From: Candidatus Thermosaccharophagus gerlachensis
GTDB lineage: Bacteria; Armatimonadota; Fervidibacteria; Fervidibacterales; Thermosaccharophagaceae
NCBI GenBank assembly: GCA_041538025.1
Contig: JBGOEV010000008.1
Location: 2,944-66,943, forward strand
DNA length: 64,000 nucleotides
Direction of reading: 5' to 3'
Each line of letters begins with the position of its first letter. The first letter of the stretch is position 1. The translations under genes were made by a program, and so were the position numbers. The notes under the pieces are model-generated. The model saw only the letters and a list, made by a program, of their open reading frames with translations. It made no database searches and was not told where the DNA came from. Shown here one piece after another: positions 19,312 through 27,239 of this stretch.

Positions 19312-19866
19312 ATCAGGGGAGGGGGAAAAGAGCAACCTTTCTTCAGGCGCAATGAACGCATCAGGGCGAGCGAAGTGAGAGTGATTGATGAGGATGGGAA
19401 ACAACTTGGGATAATGCCAACTAAACAGGCGTTACAGATAGCTCGAGAGAAAGGACTTGATTTAATTGAAGTTGCGCCACACGCTTCTCCACCTGTGTGT
19501 AGAATAATAGACTACGGTAAATTCCTGTATCAGTTGCGTAAGCGTGAGAAGGAAGCTCGCAAGCACCAAAAGGGGTTGAAAGAAATAAGACTGCGCCCGC
19601 TTACAGATAAACATGACTTGGAATTCAAAGCACGCAACGCAGCAGAAGCACTTCAAGAGGGACATAAAGTGCGCATATGCATGATACTTCGTGGAAGGGA
19701 AATGGCGCATATGGAGATGGCTTACAACAAGTTAAATGAGCTGTTTGAAAAGCTCTCGCATGTAGCACAGGTGGAAGCGGAACCAAAATTACAAGGGAGT
19801 CAAATTATAGCTACTCTTACACCGAGGCGAGATGCCCTTAAAGTCCGACAGGACAAACAAAGTTAG
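19312..19866 (+). CDS. infC: translation initiation factor IF-3, probable AUC start
   Basis: Motifs: VRVIDEDGKQLGIM and PPVCRIIDYGKF. The conserved N-terminal segment (IRGGGKEQPFFRRNERIRASE) lies upstream of the track start GTG 19375. That stretch is in frame and contains no ATG, GTG or TTG. The only plausible start after the in-frame stop at 19303 is ATC 19312, 9 nt after AAGGAGG. Confidence 0.8.
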   Translation: MRGGGKEQPFFRRNERIRASEVRVIDEDGKQLGIMPTKQALQIAREKGLDLIEVAPHASPPVCRIIDYGKFLYQLRKREKEARKHQKGLKEIRLRPLTDKHDLEFKARNAAEALQEGHKVRICMILRGREMAHMEMAYNKLNELFEKLSHVAQVEAEPKLQGSQIIATLTPRRDALKVRQDKQS

Positions 19867-19916
19867 GTAGTGGAAACAAGACAAAAACAAGTTTCTGCTA
19901 AATGGAGGCGAGGAAA

Positions 19917-20111
19917 GTGCCGGGGACAAAATCAAAGCGCACAGCGAAGAAGCGTTTTAAGTTGACTGCTACAGGTAAGGTTATACATGTGCGGATGGGA
20001 GGAGGACATTACATGCGCCGTAAATGTAAGCGCAGAAAAAGATTGTTGAAGAGAGAGACCGAAGTATACAGCGGGCAAGCGAAGGCTATAAAAGAATTGC
20101 TTTCGCCATAA
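19917..20111 (+). CDS. rpmI: 50S ribosomal protein L35
   Basis: Sequence KSKRTAKKRFKLTATGKV ... RRKRLL. GTG 19917 lies 8 nt after GGAGG and gives the usual ~64 aa. The track start ATG 19902 is the alternative. Confidence 0.85.
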   Translation: MPGTKSKRTAKKRFKLTATGKVIHVRMGGGHYMRRKCKRRKRLLKRETEVYSGQAKAIKELLSP

Positions 20112-20139
20112 CCATGTCTTTCTGGGGGTGTAAATCAGC

Positions 20140-20499
20140 ATGCGAGTCAAAGGTGGAATAGTCACAAGGCGAAGACACAAAAAGATACTCAAGCTTGCCA
20201 AAGGGTATTGGGGAGCAAAGAGTAGGTGTTTTAGAAGAGCAAACGAGGCAGTGATTAGGGCACTCGCAAACGCATACAGAGATAGGAAATTGAAAAAGCG
20301 CATGTTTAGGAGATGGTGGATAGCTCGGATAAACGCTGCTGTGCGCTTGCATGGTCTTTCGTATAGCAAATTCATTCATGGATTGAAGCTTGCGGGCATA
20401 GGGCTGAACAGAAAGATGCTTGCTGAAATGGCTGTCAATGACCCGCATGGCTTTTCTGAGGTCATCAGCAAGGTGAAAGCTGCCCTTGCATCAGGATAG
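20140..20499 (+). CDS. rplT: 50S ribosomal protein L20
   Basis: Sequence [28 protein letters not shown] ... WIARINAA. Confidence 0.95.
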   Translation: MRVKGGIVTRRRHKKILKLAKGYWGAKSRCFRRANEAVIRALANAYRDRKLKKRMFRRWWIARINAAVRLHGLSYSKFIHGLKLAGIGLNRKMLAEMAVNDPHGFSEVISKVKAALASG

Positions 20500-20525
20500 C
20501 GATTAATTGCTTCCATCTTATCCAC

Positions 20526-21371
20526 ATGAAGCAGCTTCAATGCATCTCAAGCCCTGAGAACGAAAGGTATAAGCTCGCAAAGGCACTCACTAAAGGGCAT
20601 GGAAGGAAAAAGTATGGCTTGTTCATCGTTGAAACACCAGTGCTTGTCCTTGATGTCTTGAAGGGTGGATGGCATATTGAGTGGGTTGCGCTAACACCAC
20701 ATTTCGCTGAGACTGCTAAAGGAATGGAAATCATTGAGCTGGCAAAGGGGAAGGCAATAGATATAACGCTGATGAAGGAAAAACTTATGGACGAGATATC
20801 AACTGTTGAATCTGGGGGCAGTGTAATAGCCATCGTTAAGCAACGCCATCAAAACCTCTCGGACATCCAACTTAAACAGAAAGACTGTGTCTTCATCCTC
20901 GAAGATGTTCAAGATCCAACTAACGTGGGCGCAATCGCGAGAATAGCTGATGCTATAGGAGCTGCAGGCATTATAGCCACAGTGGGCACAGCAGATAGAT
21001 ACAACCCCAAGGTCCTGCGTTCAAGTGCAGGAAGTGCTTTACATATCACCTTTGTGAAAGTCGCGAATACAGGCGAATTACATGGATGGCTTAAGGAGAA
21101 CGAGTTTAAAGTTATCGCTACAGATCCACACTATGGAGAATGTTGCTACAAGTATCACTTCGGTGAGAGAGTGGCTTTTCTCTTTGGCAACGAAGCGAGA
21201 GGGTTAAGTGAAAGCATGCGTTCCATCGCTGATCTAACACTGACTATACCGATGCATGGGAGAGCAGAATCATTAAATGTCTCGCACGCATGTGCCATAC
21301 TTGCGTATGAACTCTTAAGGCAATGGTATTACGCTGATGAAATGGCAAAACAACATAAGGGAGGGGAGTGA
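20526..21371 (+). CDS. TrmH/SpoU family RNA 2'-O-methyltransferase (RlmB-like)
   Basis: SpoU motifs LEDVQDPTNVGAIARIADA, FLFGNEARGLS and ESLNVSHACAILAYE. Confidence 0.8.
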   Translation: MKQLQCISSPENERYKLAKALTKGHGRKKYGLFIVETPVLVLDVLKGGWHIEWVALTPHFAETAKGMEIIELAKGKAIDITLMKEKLMDEISTVESGGSVIAIVKQRHQNLSDIQLKQKDCVFILEDVQDPTNVGAIARIADAIGAAGIIATVGTADRYNPKVLRSSAGSALHITFVKVANTGELHGWLKENEFKVIATDPHYGECCYKYHFGERVAFLFGNEARGLSESMRSIADLTLTIPMHGRAESLNVSHACAILAYELLRQWYYADEMAKQHKGGE

Positions 21372-22420
21372 CCAACCAAATGGTGGAGAGTGATGAACTG
21401 TTAAGGACATTGGAAGAAATTGAGTCAGAGGCACTTAGGCTTATAAGAGAGGCAAACAGCGTTGAGGAAATTGAGGCTGTTCGCCTTCGCTACTTGACAA
21501 AGAGAAGCAAACTACAACAGGTGCTGCGTAGCATAGGGAAACTACCAGTTGAGATGCGCCCGAAGGTTGGTGAGCTTGCGAATCGTGTTAGAGAAGTGAT
21601 CCAGTCAGCGTTTGAAGAAAAACGAATGGAACTTGAAGCTGTTGAGCGTGATAAAAGACTTGCAAGCGAAAAGATTGATATTACGATGCCAGGGAGGATA
21701 TGGCGAGTAGGTGGTCTTCATCCAATAACGCAAACAATAAATGAGATATGTGGCATCTTCACGGACTTAGGGTTTGAAGTTGTTGACGGTCCCGAGATTG
21801 AGACGGAATGGCATAACTTTATAGCTTTAAACATGCCTCAAGACCACCCAGCAAGGGATGACCACGATAGCTTCTACATAACTGATAAGATACTACTGCG
21901 CACTGAGACCTCGGCAGTGCAAATAAGAGTTATGGAATCACGCCAACCACCGATAAGGATTGTCTCTCCCGGAAGGGTATACCGAAGGGATGAAGTTGAT
22001 AGGACACACTCACATACATTCCATCAGGTTGAAGGATTGCTTGTTGATGAAGATGTGACATTTGCAGACCTCAAGGGAACCCTTGTAGTCTTTGCGAAAC
22101 GCTTTTTTGGGGAGGATGTAAAAGTGCGTTTCAGACCCCATTACTTCCCCTTCACTGAACCGAGTGCAGAAGTTGATGTAAGCTGTCCTATATGCGATGC
22201 TCATGGTTGCCCCGTTTGCAAGCAGAGGGGATGGGTTGAAGTGCTCGGTTGTGGTATGGTTCACCCAAATGTGCTTCGCAATGTCGGATATGATACTGAG
22301 AGGTGGCAAGGATACGCATTCGGGATGGGTGTTGAAAGGCTCGCGATGCTTCGCCACAAAATAGATGACATAAGGCTCTTCTACGAAAACGACATACGTT
22401 TCCTGCGCCAGTTCATATAA
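21368..22420 (+). CDS. pheS: phenylalanine--tRNA ligase alpha subunit
   Basis: Motifs: HPITQTINEI, MPQDHPARD, FRPHYFPFTEPSAEVDV, and GMGVERLAM. GTG 21368 overlaps the upstream stop (GTGA). ATG 21380 is the alternative. Confidence 0.95.
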   Translation: MTNQMVESDELLRTLEEIESEALRLIREANSVEEIEAVRLRYLTKRSKLQQVLRSIGKLPVEMRPKVGELANRVREVIQSAFEEKRMELEAVERDKRLASEKIDITMPGRIWRVGGLHPITQTINEICGIFTDLGFEVVDGPEIETEWHNFIALNMPQDHPARDDHDSFYITDKILLRTETSAVQIRVMESRQPPIRIVSPGRVYRRDEVDRTHSHTFHQVEGLLVDEDVTFADLKGTLVVFAKRFFGEDVKVRFRPHYFPFTEPSAEVDVSCPICDAHGCPVCKQRGWVEVLGCGMVHPNVLRNVGYDTERWQGYAFGMGVERLAMLRHKIDDIRLFYENDIRFLRQFI

Positions 22421-22432
22421 GAAACATCAACT

Positions 22433-23665
22433 ATGCGGGGAGAAAAACAGATGCTGCTTGAAGATGTGATGAAGCTTGATGAGGAGTTTGTGATCCATAC
22501 TTATTCGCGTTCACCGGTTGCGTTTGTTAAGGGGGAAGGCGCCTACCTATGGGACACGGATGGTAGAAAGTATCTTGACTTCCTTTCAGGGATAGGCGTG
22601 ACAGGTGCAGGACACTGCCACCCAAAAATCGTCTCGGCGATAAAAGAGCAAGCTGAGAGATTGATACACACTTCAAACCTCTTTTACATCATTCCTCAAG
22701 CTAAACTTGCAAAACGCTTATCAGAGCTAAGCAATGGATACAAATGCTTCTTCTGCAACAGTGGTGCGGAGGCGAATGAGGCTGCAATAAAGCTTGCGCG
22801 AAGATATATGAAGCTGAAAGGGAACTCAAGACGCTATGAAATCATAACGACTCTTGGCTCATTTCATGGGCGCACATATGCTGCCATGACAGCAACTGGT
22901 CAAGAAAAATATCGTAATGGCTTTGAGCCTCTTGTTGATGGCTTCGTGTATGTGCCGTTCAATGACATTGAAGCCATAAAGGGAGCTATAAGCGAAAGGA
23001 CATGCGCTATAATGCTTGAACCAATCCAGGGTGAAAGCGGTGTTAACATACCAGACGATGATTACTTGCCGGGCGTCGCAGAGCTATGCAATGAGCATGG
23101 TATCTTGCTAATACTTGATGAAGTGCAAACTGGACTTGGGCGAACTGGTAAACTCTTCGCACATGAACACTATGGCGTTAAGCCAAGTATATTCACCATC
23201 GCAAAATCCATAGCTGGTGGAATCCCGATGGGTGTTATGTTAGCGAAGCCCGAGGTAGCTGAAGGCTTTGAACCCGGATCTCATGGAAGCACTTTTGGGG
23301 GAAACTTTATCGCGTGTGCAGCTGCCCTCGCTTTCTTAGATGTCTTGGACGAGGAGCAACTCGTTGAAAATGCAGCTATGATGGGTAACGAATTGCTCAA
23401 ACGATTGAAGGAACTTGCAGAGCGAAGCAAAATTGTGAAGGAAGTGCGTGGGAAGGGCTTAATGCTCGCAATTGAGTTCAAAGATGGTGTGGCAAAAGAA
23501 GTGCAACACATTTTGCTTGAGCGTGGCTTGATAGTAAACGCAATAGGCGAATACATAATACGGCTTCTCCCACCGCTTATCATTACGCTTGATGAAGTTG
23601 AATTTGCGGTTAGCCTAATTGAACAGGTCATAAGCGAAGTTGAGAGTGTAAAGGGGCAGGGTTAA
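22433..23665 (+). CDS. argD: acetylornithine/class III aminotransferase
   Basis: Motifs: TYSRSPVAFVKGEGAYLWDTDGRKYLDF, LILDEVQTGLGRTGKLF, and a PLP-lysine context FTIAKSIAGG. ATG 22451 is an alternative start. Confidence 0.75.
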   Translation: MRGEKQMLLEDVMKLDEEFVIHTYSRSPVAFVKGEGAYLWDTDGRKYLDFLSGIGVTGAGHCHPKIVSAIKEQAERLIHTSNLFYIIPQAKLAKRLSELSNGYKCFFCNSGAEANEAAIKLARRYMKLKGNSRRYEIITTLGSFHGRTYAAMTATGQEKYRNGFEPLVDGFVYVPFNDIEAIKGAISERTCAIMLEPIQGESGVNIPDDDYLPGVAELCNEHGILLILDEVQTGLGRTGKLFAHEHYGVKPSIFTIAKSIAGGIPMGVMLAKPEVAEGFEPGSHGSTFGGNFIACAAALAFLDVLDEEQLVENAAMMGNELLKRLKELAERSKIVKEVRGKGLMLAIEFKDGVAKEVQHILLERGLIVNAIGEYIIRLLPPLIITLDEVEFAVSLIEQVISEVESVKGQG

Positions 23666-23676
23666 GGAAGGGGTAT

Positions 23677-23706
23677 TGACAACATCACATCAATGTCGCT
23701 ATCATT
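23677..23706 (+). promoter_or_regulatory. sigma-70-like promoter (TTGACA - 18 nt - TATCAT) ahead of the OMP gene
   Basis: Hexamers read directly at 23677-23682 and 23701-23706. Confidence 0.3.
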
Positions 23707-23885
23707 TTGTGAGAAGGTGGTTGTTAGATCACCAATCATGCGAAAGGAGGTGATGAATAGAGGGATTGAGTTGTGGCATGGTGGGTGTGGTAAACAACGG
23801 AGAACACACCTACCATAATACTACCTTTCATTCAACCTTCAACAAGCACTGTAGCAAAACACAAACGCTAAGGAGGGGGTAAAAG

Positions 23886-24383
23886 ATGCGGAAGATGGCA
23901 TGGGTGATGGTGGCGTTGGTCGCTGTGGCATTAGCAACGAGCAAAGCACCTGCACAGGAAGAGAGGGCGTATCCATTTGAGGGCAAGTTCACACTGACTG
24001 CTGATGTCGGACGCTGGTTCACCGAAGGCGAAGATGTATGGGGATACAGTGTTACGCTTGGCTACTTCGTTTCACCCAACATTGACATCGCTGTAGCTTT
24101 TTCTGACCCTGAAGGCAGTGGAGCGATGTGGAGCGCTAAGCTACGATACTGGTTCGTAAGCGGTGCTGAGCGTCCTAACCCAACATTCTACATTGGTGGC
24201 GAAGTTGGCAGGACAACAGGATTTGATCCTGAGAATGTGACAGTGTGGGGTGCGCATGTGGGTGTTGATTGGCTCATAACAGGAAGGGTGAGCCTGTATG
24301 GTGAGGTTGCATGGCGCCACTTCGGTGGGGATGTGGATGAAGATGCGTGGATTGTGAGTGTTGGCTTACGCACATCATTCTAA
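23886..24383 (+). CDS. small outer-membrane beta-barrel protein
   Basis: Signal peptide MRKMAWVMVALVAVALATSKAPAQE. Alternating aromatic/Gly-rich strands and a C-terminal ...GLRTSF ending in Phe. GGAGGGGG SD. Confidence 0.55.
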   Translation: MRKMAWVMVALVAVALATSKAPAQEERAYPFEGKFTLTADVGRWFTEGEDVWGYSVTLGYFVSPNIDIAVAFSDPEGSGAMWSAKLRYWFVSGAERPNPTFYIGGEVGRTTGFDPENVTVWGAHVGVDWLITGRVSLYGEVAWRHFGGDVDEDAWIVSVGLRTSF

Positions 24384-24403
24384 TGCCACAGCGATAAAAT
24401 TAA

Positions 24404-24444
24404 GGGGCAGGCATTAACCTATCATGCCTGCCCCTGTTCTTTTT
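24404..24444 (+). terminator. rho-independent terminator
   Basis: 11-bp GC-rich stem GGGGCAGGCAT / ATGCCTGCCCC with a 9-nt loop, followed by TGTTCTTTTT. It sits between convergent genes. Confidence 0.65.
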
Positions 24445-24473
24445 AACCTCTCATGCTCCTCCAAAGGGGGTGC

Positions 24474-24902
24474 TTATTTCGTCACCCGCCTTAGAACCCT
24501 GCATGCTTTTTTGGCATCTTGCGGGCTTTCAAATGAAAAGACAACCCTAAACTTCTTCCCGATGACGAGTGCACTTACGCCGTGAATGTTTATGCCTGCA
24601 TCAGCGAGTGCCCTCGAAAGCTTCTGACCCATCCCGGGTTTGTCATCGCCTTCAACGAGCACAAATGGTGATTCACTCACTTGCTTGAAACCAGCTTTGC
24701 TTGCTGCGTTTATAGCCTTGCGCCCAGTTATTGGATAAACGAATATGCTTGCCTTACCTGGTTCAGCCTCATGTGCATACGCTTCGACATACTCCAAGTT
24801 AACTCCTGCCTCAGCGAGTGGTGCAAGAGCATCAGCCAATGCTCCGGGGCGATCTTCGGTCTCAAGTTTCCAAGGCTTGATTTGCATCACTCGTATTGCC
24901 AT
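24474..24902 (-). CDS. tandem ACT-domain protein
   Basis: Two DRPGALADALAPLAEAGVNL / DKPGMGQKLSRALADAGINI ligand-binding-type repeats. The start is at ATG 24902 behind GCAGGAGGTGA. The track ORF extends to 24995. Confidence 0.55.
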   Translation of the reverse strand: MAIRVMQIKPWKLETEDRPGALADALAPLAEAGVNLEYVEAYAHEAEPGKASIFVYPITGRKAINAASKAGFKQVSESPFVLVEGDDKPGMGQKLSRALADAGINIHGVSALVIGKKFRVVFSFESPQDAKKACRVLRRVTK

Positions 24903-25069
24903 CTGTATCACCTCCTGCAGATATGGTTCAGTTACAATTTTATCGCACACCCTATGGGGTGTGGCTTTGTCCGAGCTTGACAAATGGTTCAACACATGGC
25001 ATCAGTTAATCGGCAGCGATAGAGAAAGAGGCAATTCTATGAAAACCACCGCAGTGTGAGGTGATAATC

Positions 25070-26398
25070 ATGAGTAACACTCAATCAAGGCGTGAATTCA
25101 TTGAAAAGGTTTTAAGCGTGAGCATTATCGGGCTGTCAGCAAAGCAATACCATTCACATGGTAAAGTTATAAGCCCAAATGAACGCATACACATCGGCTT
25201 GATAGGGTGCGGTGGGAGAGGCAGAGCTATCTTAAACGAGTGCGCAAAATACCCAGATGTAGTTGTGACAGGTGCATGCGATGTCTGGAAGGAAAGGCTT
25301 AATGCCACTGTTGCTCAGTTTAAAGAGACATGCAAACCTTACGACGACTTTCGTGAGATGCTTTCGCAAAAAGACATTGATGCAGTTATAATTGCGACAC
25401 CACCACACTGGCATGCGCTTCAAGCCATTGCTGCATGTGAAGCTCGCAAAGACTTTTACATTGAGAAACCAATGACTCTGCATCTTGCTGAAAGCCTCGC
25501 TGTCAGAAATGCTGTCAAGCGTTATGGCGTAATCACACAGGTTGGAACGCAAATCCATTCAACTGAAAACTACATCCGCGTTGTTGAGATAATTCGTTCG
25601 GGCATACTTGGCGATATAGGCATGGTGAAAACATTCCATGTGCTCAATCAGGGCAAGGAAGGGATAGGGAAGCATGAGCAGGTTAAGCCTCCAGAGGGCT
25701 TAAACTGGGATATGTGGTGTGGACCTGCGCCACTTCGTCCATACCACCCAATGCTTGCTGCAAGCTCATACCATCATTGCTCATGGATTGATTACAGTGG
25801 TGGTTGGACTGCAGGCATGGCACCGCATATCATTGACCTGCCTATATGGGCACTTGAGCTTGAATACCCGACACTCACAACCTCGGTTGGCGGGAGGTTC
25901 ATTATCCAAGATGATGGTGATGCATATGACCACCACTACGTTCTATGGCGCTATGAGAAGCTCATCATGACATGGTGGACTTCAATGACGAACAGCTATG
26001 GGTTTGATTTCCATGGTGAGCCAGTTATAAGGCGTAGGCTCGGAATATACTTCCATGGCACTAACGGGACACTCTTCGCCGACTATGGTTCGTTCAAGAT
26101 TGTCCCTGAAGGCGATAGGATGAAGGATGCACAGTTGCCACCTAAGGATTTGCCACGCCCTCAAAGCCACGTGCGAGAGTGGCTCGATTGCATAAAGGAA
26201 AGAAGACAACCAAACTGCAGTGTTCTATATCATGTTAAGGTTGATGTGCCAATCGTTTTAAGTTTGCTCTCGCTGAAGCTTGGGAGGGCAATAAAGTTTG
26301 ATCCGAAGACCGAGAGCATCGTTGATGATAAAGAAGCTGTAAAGCTTTCTATACCTGAATACCGCCACCCATGGAAATTCCCAACTCAATACCTGTGA
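25070..26398 (+). CDS. Gfo/Idh/MocA family oxidoreductase with twin-arginine signal
   Basis: Motifs: SRREFIEKVLSVSIIGLSA, GLIGCGGRG, and IEKPM. It is a paralog of 3578..4876 (shared PPHWHALQ and YRxPW tail). ATG 25070 lies 5 nt after GAGGTGA. Confidence 0.85.
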   Translation: MSNTQSRREFIEKVLSVSIIGLSAKQYHSHGKVISPNERIHIGLIGCGGRGRAILNECAKYPDVVVTGACDVWKERLNATVAQFKETCKPYDDFREMLSQKDIDAVIIATPPHWHALQAIAACEARKDFYIEKPMTLHLAESLAVRNAVKRYGVITQVGTQIHSTENYIRVVEIIRSGILGDIGMVKTFHVLNQGKEGIGKHEQVKPPEGLNWDMWCGPAPLRPYHPMLAASSYHHCSWIDYSGGWTAGMAPHIIDLPIWALELEYPTLTTSVGGRFIIQDDGDAYDHHYVLWRYEKLIMTWWTSMTNSYGFDFHGEPVIRRRLGIYFHGTNGTLFADYGSFKIVPEGDRMKDAQLPPKDLPRPQSHVREWLDCIKERRQPNCSVLYHVKVDVPIVLSLLSLKLGRAIKFDPKTESIVDDKEAVKLSIPEYRHPWKFPTQYL

Positions 26399-26478
26399 TG
26401 GTTACTTGGGACAAGACACTTATTCCGCTACCTTGCAACAAGATATAACCATGCACTGTTGTTGGTTTATTCAAAACT

Positions 26479-26517
26479 AAAGCAGGTCCACCACTGCTTC
26501 CGTGGTGAACCTGCTTT
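26479..26517. terminator. 16-bp (one mismatch) hairpin between convergent genes, probable bidirectional terminator
   Basis: AAAGCAGGTCCACCAC - TGCTTCC - GTGGTGAACCTGCTTT. It is A-rich on the 5' side and T-rich at the 3' end of the stem. Confidence 0.4.
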
Positions 26518-26529
26518 GAGAGGGTAAAA

Positions 26530-26691
26530 TTAGACTGTCCTAATTGAGTTGTTAACTGTGACGAAGAGGTTACGGACGCGCTCGCCGAGGAGCGTCAAAA
26601 TGGCGATGCAGACGAGCGCGATGAGGCTCACAAGCAAACCATACTCCAAGAGGGTCTGTCCACCCTCCTCATGAAGAAGCCTCTTCATCAT
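26530..26691 (-). CDS. flp: Flp family type IVb pilin (53 aa)
   Basis: Below the ORF-track size cutoff. My translation is MMKRLLHEEGGQTLLEYGLLVSLIALVCIAILTLLGERVRNLFVTVNNSIRTV. It has the Flp G-x-x-x-x-EY-G/A-L-L prepilin motif plus a hydrophobic helix. A GGAAGGAGGTGA SD lies upstream. Confidence 0.7.
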   Translation of the reverse strand: MMKRLLHEEGGQTLLEYGLLVSLIALVCIAILTLLGERVRNLFVTVNNSIRTV

Positions 26692-26737
26692 CTCTTTTCA
26701 CCTCCTTCCAAAGGATAGGTTTGATGTTGCAATTTAT

Positions 26738-26766
26738 ATTATAGCCAAGTTGAGGTGAAAACGCAA
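26738..26766 (-). promoter_or_regulatory. sigma-70-like promoter for flp (TTGCGT - 17 nt - TATAAT on the minus strand)
   Basis: Hexamers are read as the reverse complement of 26761-26766 and 26738-26743, about 40 nt upstream of the flp ATG. Confidence 0.35.
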
Positions 26767-26775
26767 GTGCCAAAT

Positions 26776-27204
26776 TCAACTCAGGTTGTTTTCTCTGTCC
26801 TGCAACAGACTTAGATAGCGCTCGGCAAGGACTATAGCAGCGTAGTGGTCATATGGTTCTGGTGGTGTCTGAAGCGAAACAGGTATGAGGCGCCTCCATC
26901 CTTTCGGTGGATGTTCCTTGAAATATCTCTGTCTCGCCTCAAGCGTTGAGAAACGCTCATCAACTTTTAGCACCGACACACTCAAATTGGCTTTGAGCAA
27001 ACTTTCAACGACAACCTTTGATCCAGTGCTCCCACCAACCAAAATGAAATCCACTTTAAACATCTTTACGAGCTCGGAGACACAATTCACCACTTCGTTT
27101 GTTTGGACGATCCCTGCCCACAGGACACCGCTTTTCTCGCCAACCACTGCCACACCACACTTTGAACTTCCCGGATCTATGCTTAATGCTATGCGCTCTT
27201 TCAT
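26776..27204 (-). CDS. RNase H-fold nuclease (YqgF/RuvX- or RuvC-like)
   Basis: Motifs: LSIDPGSSKCGVAVV, FILVGGSTGS, VDERFSTLEARQ, and DHYAAIVLAERYL. Confidence 0.5.
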   Translation of the reverse strand: MKERIALSIDPGSSKCGVAVVGEKSGVLWAGIVQTNEVVNCVSELVKMFKVDFILVGGSTGSKVVVESLLKANLSVSVLKVDERFSTLEARQRYFKEHPPKGWRRLIPVSLQTPPEPYDHYAAIVLAERYLSLLQDRENNLS

Positions 27205-27239
27205 TACTTCGTTCTCTCCCTGCGACCACTATGGGAGCT

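Noticed and set aside
24681-25059. Plus-strand ORFs 24681..24980 and 24745..25059
   Set aside because: They are antisense to the ACT-domain gene or run through the divergent promoter region. They have no SD and a Cys/Ser-rich composition. The region does contain a 7-bp hairpin (CACACCC-TATG-GGGTGTG, 24946..24963) of unknown role.
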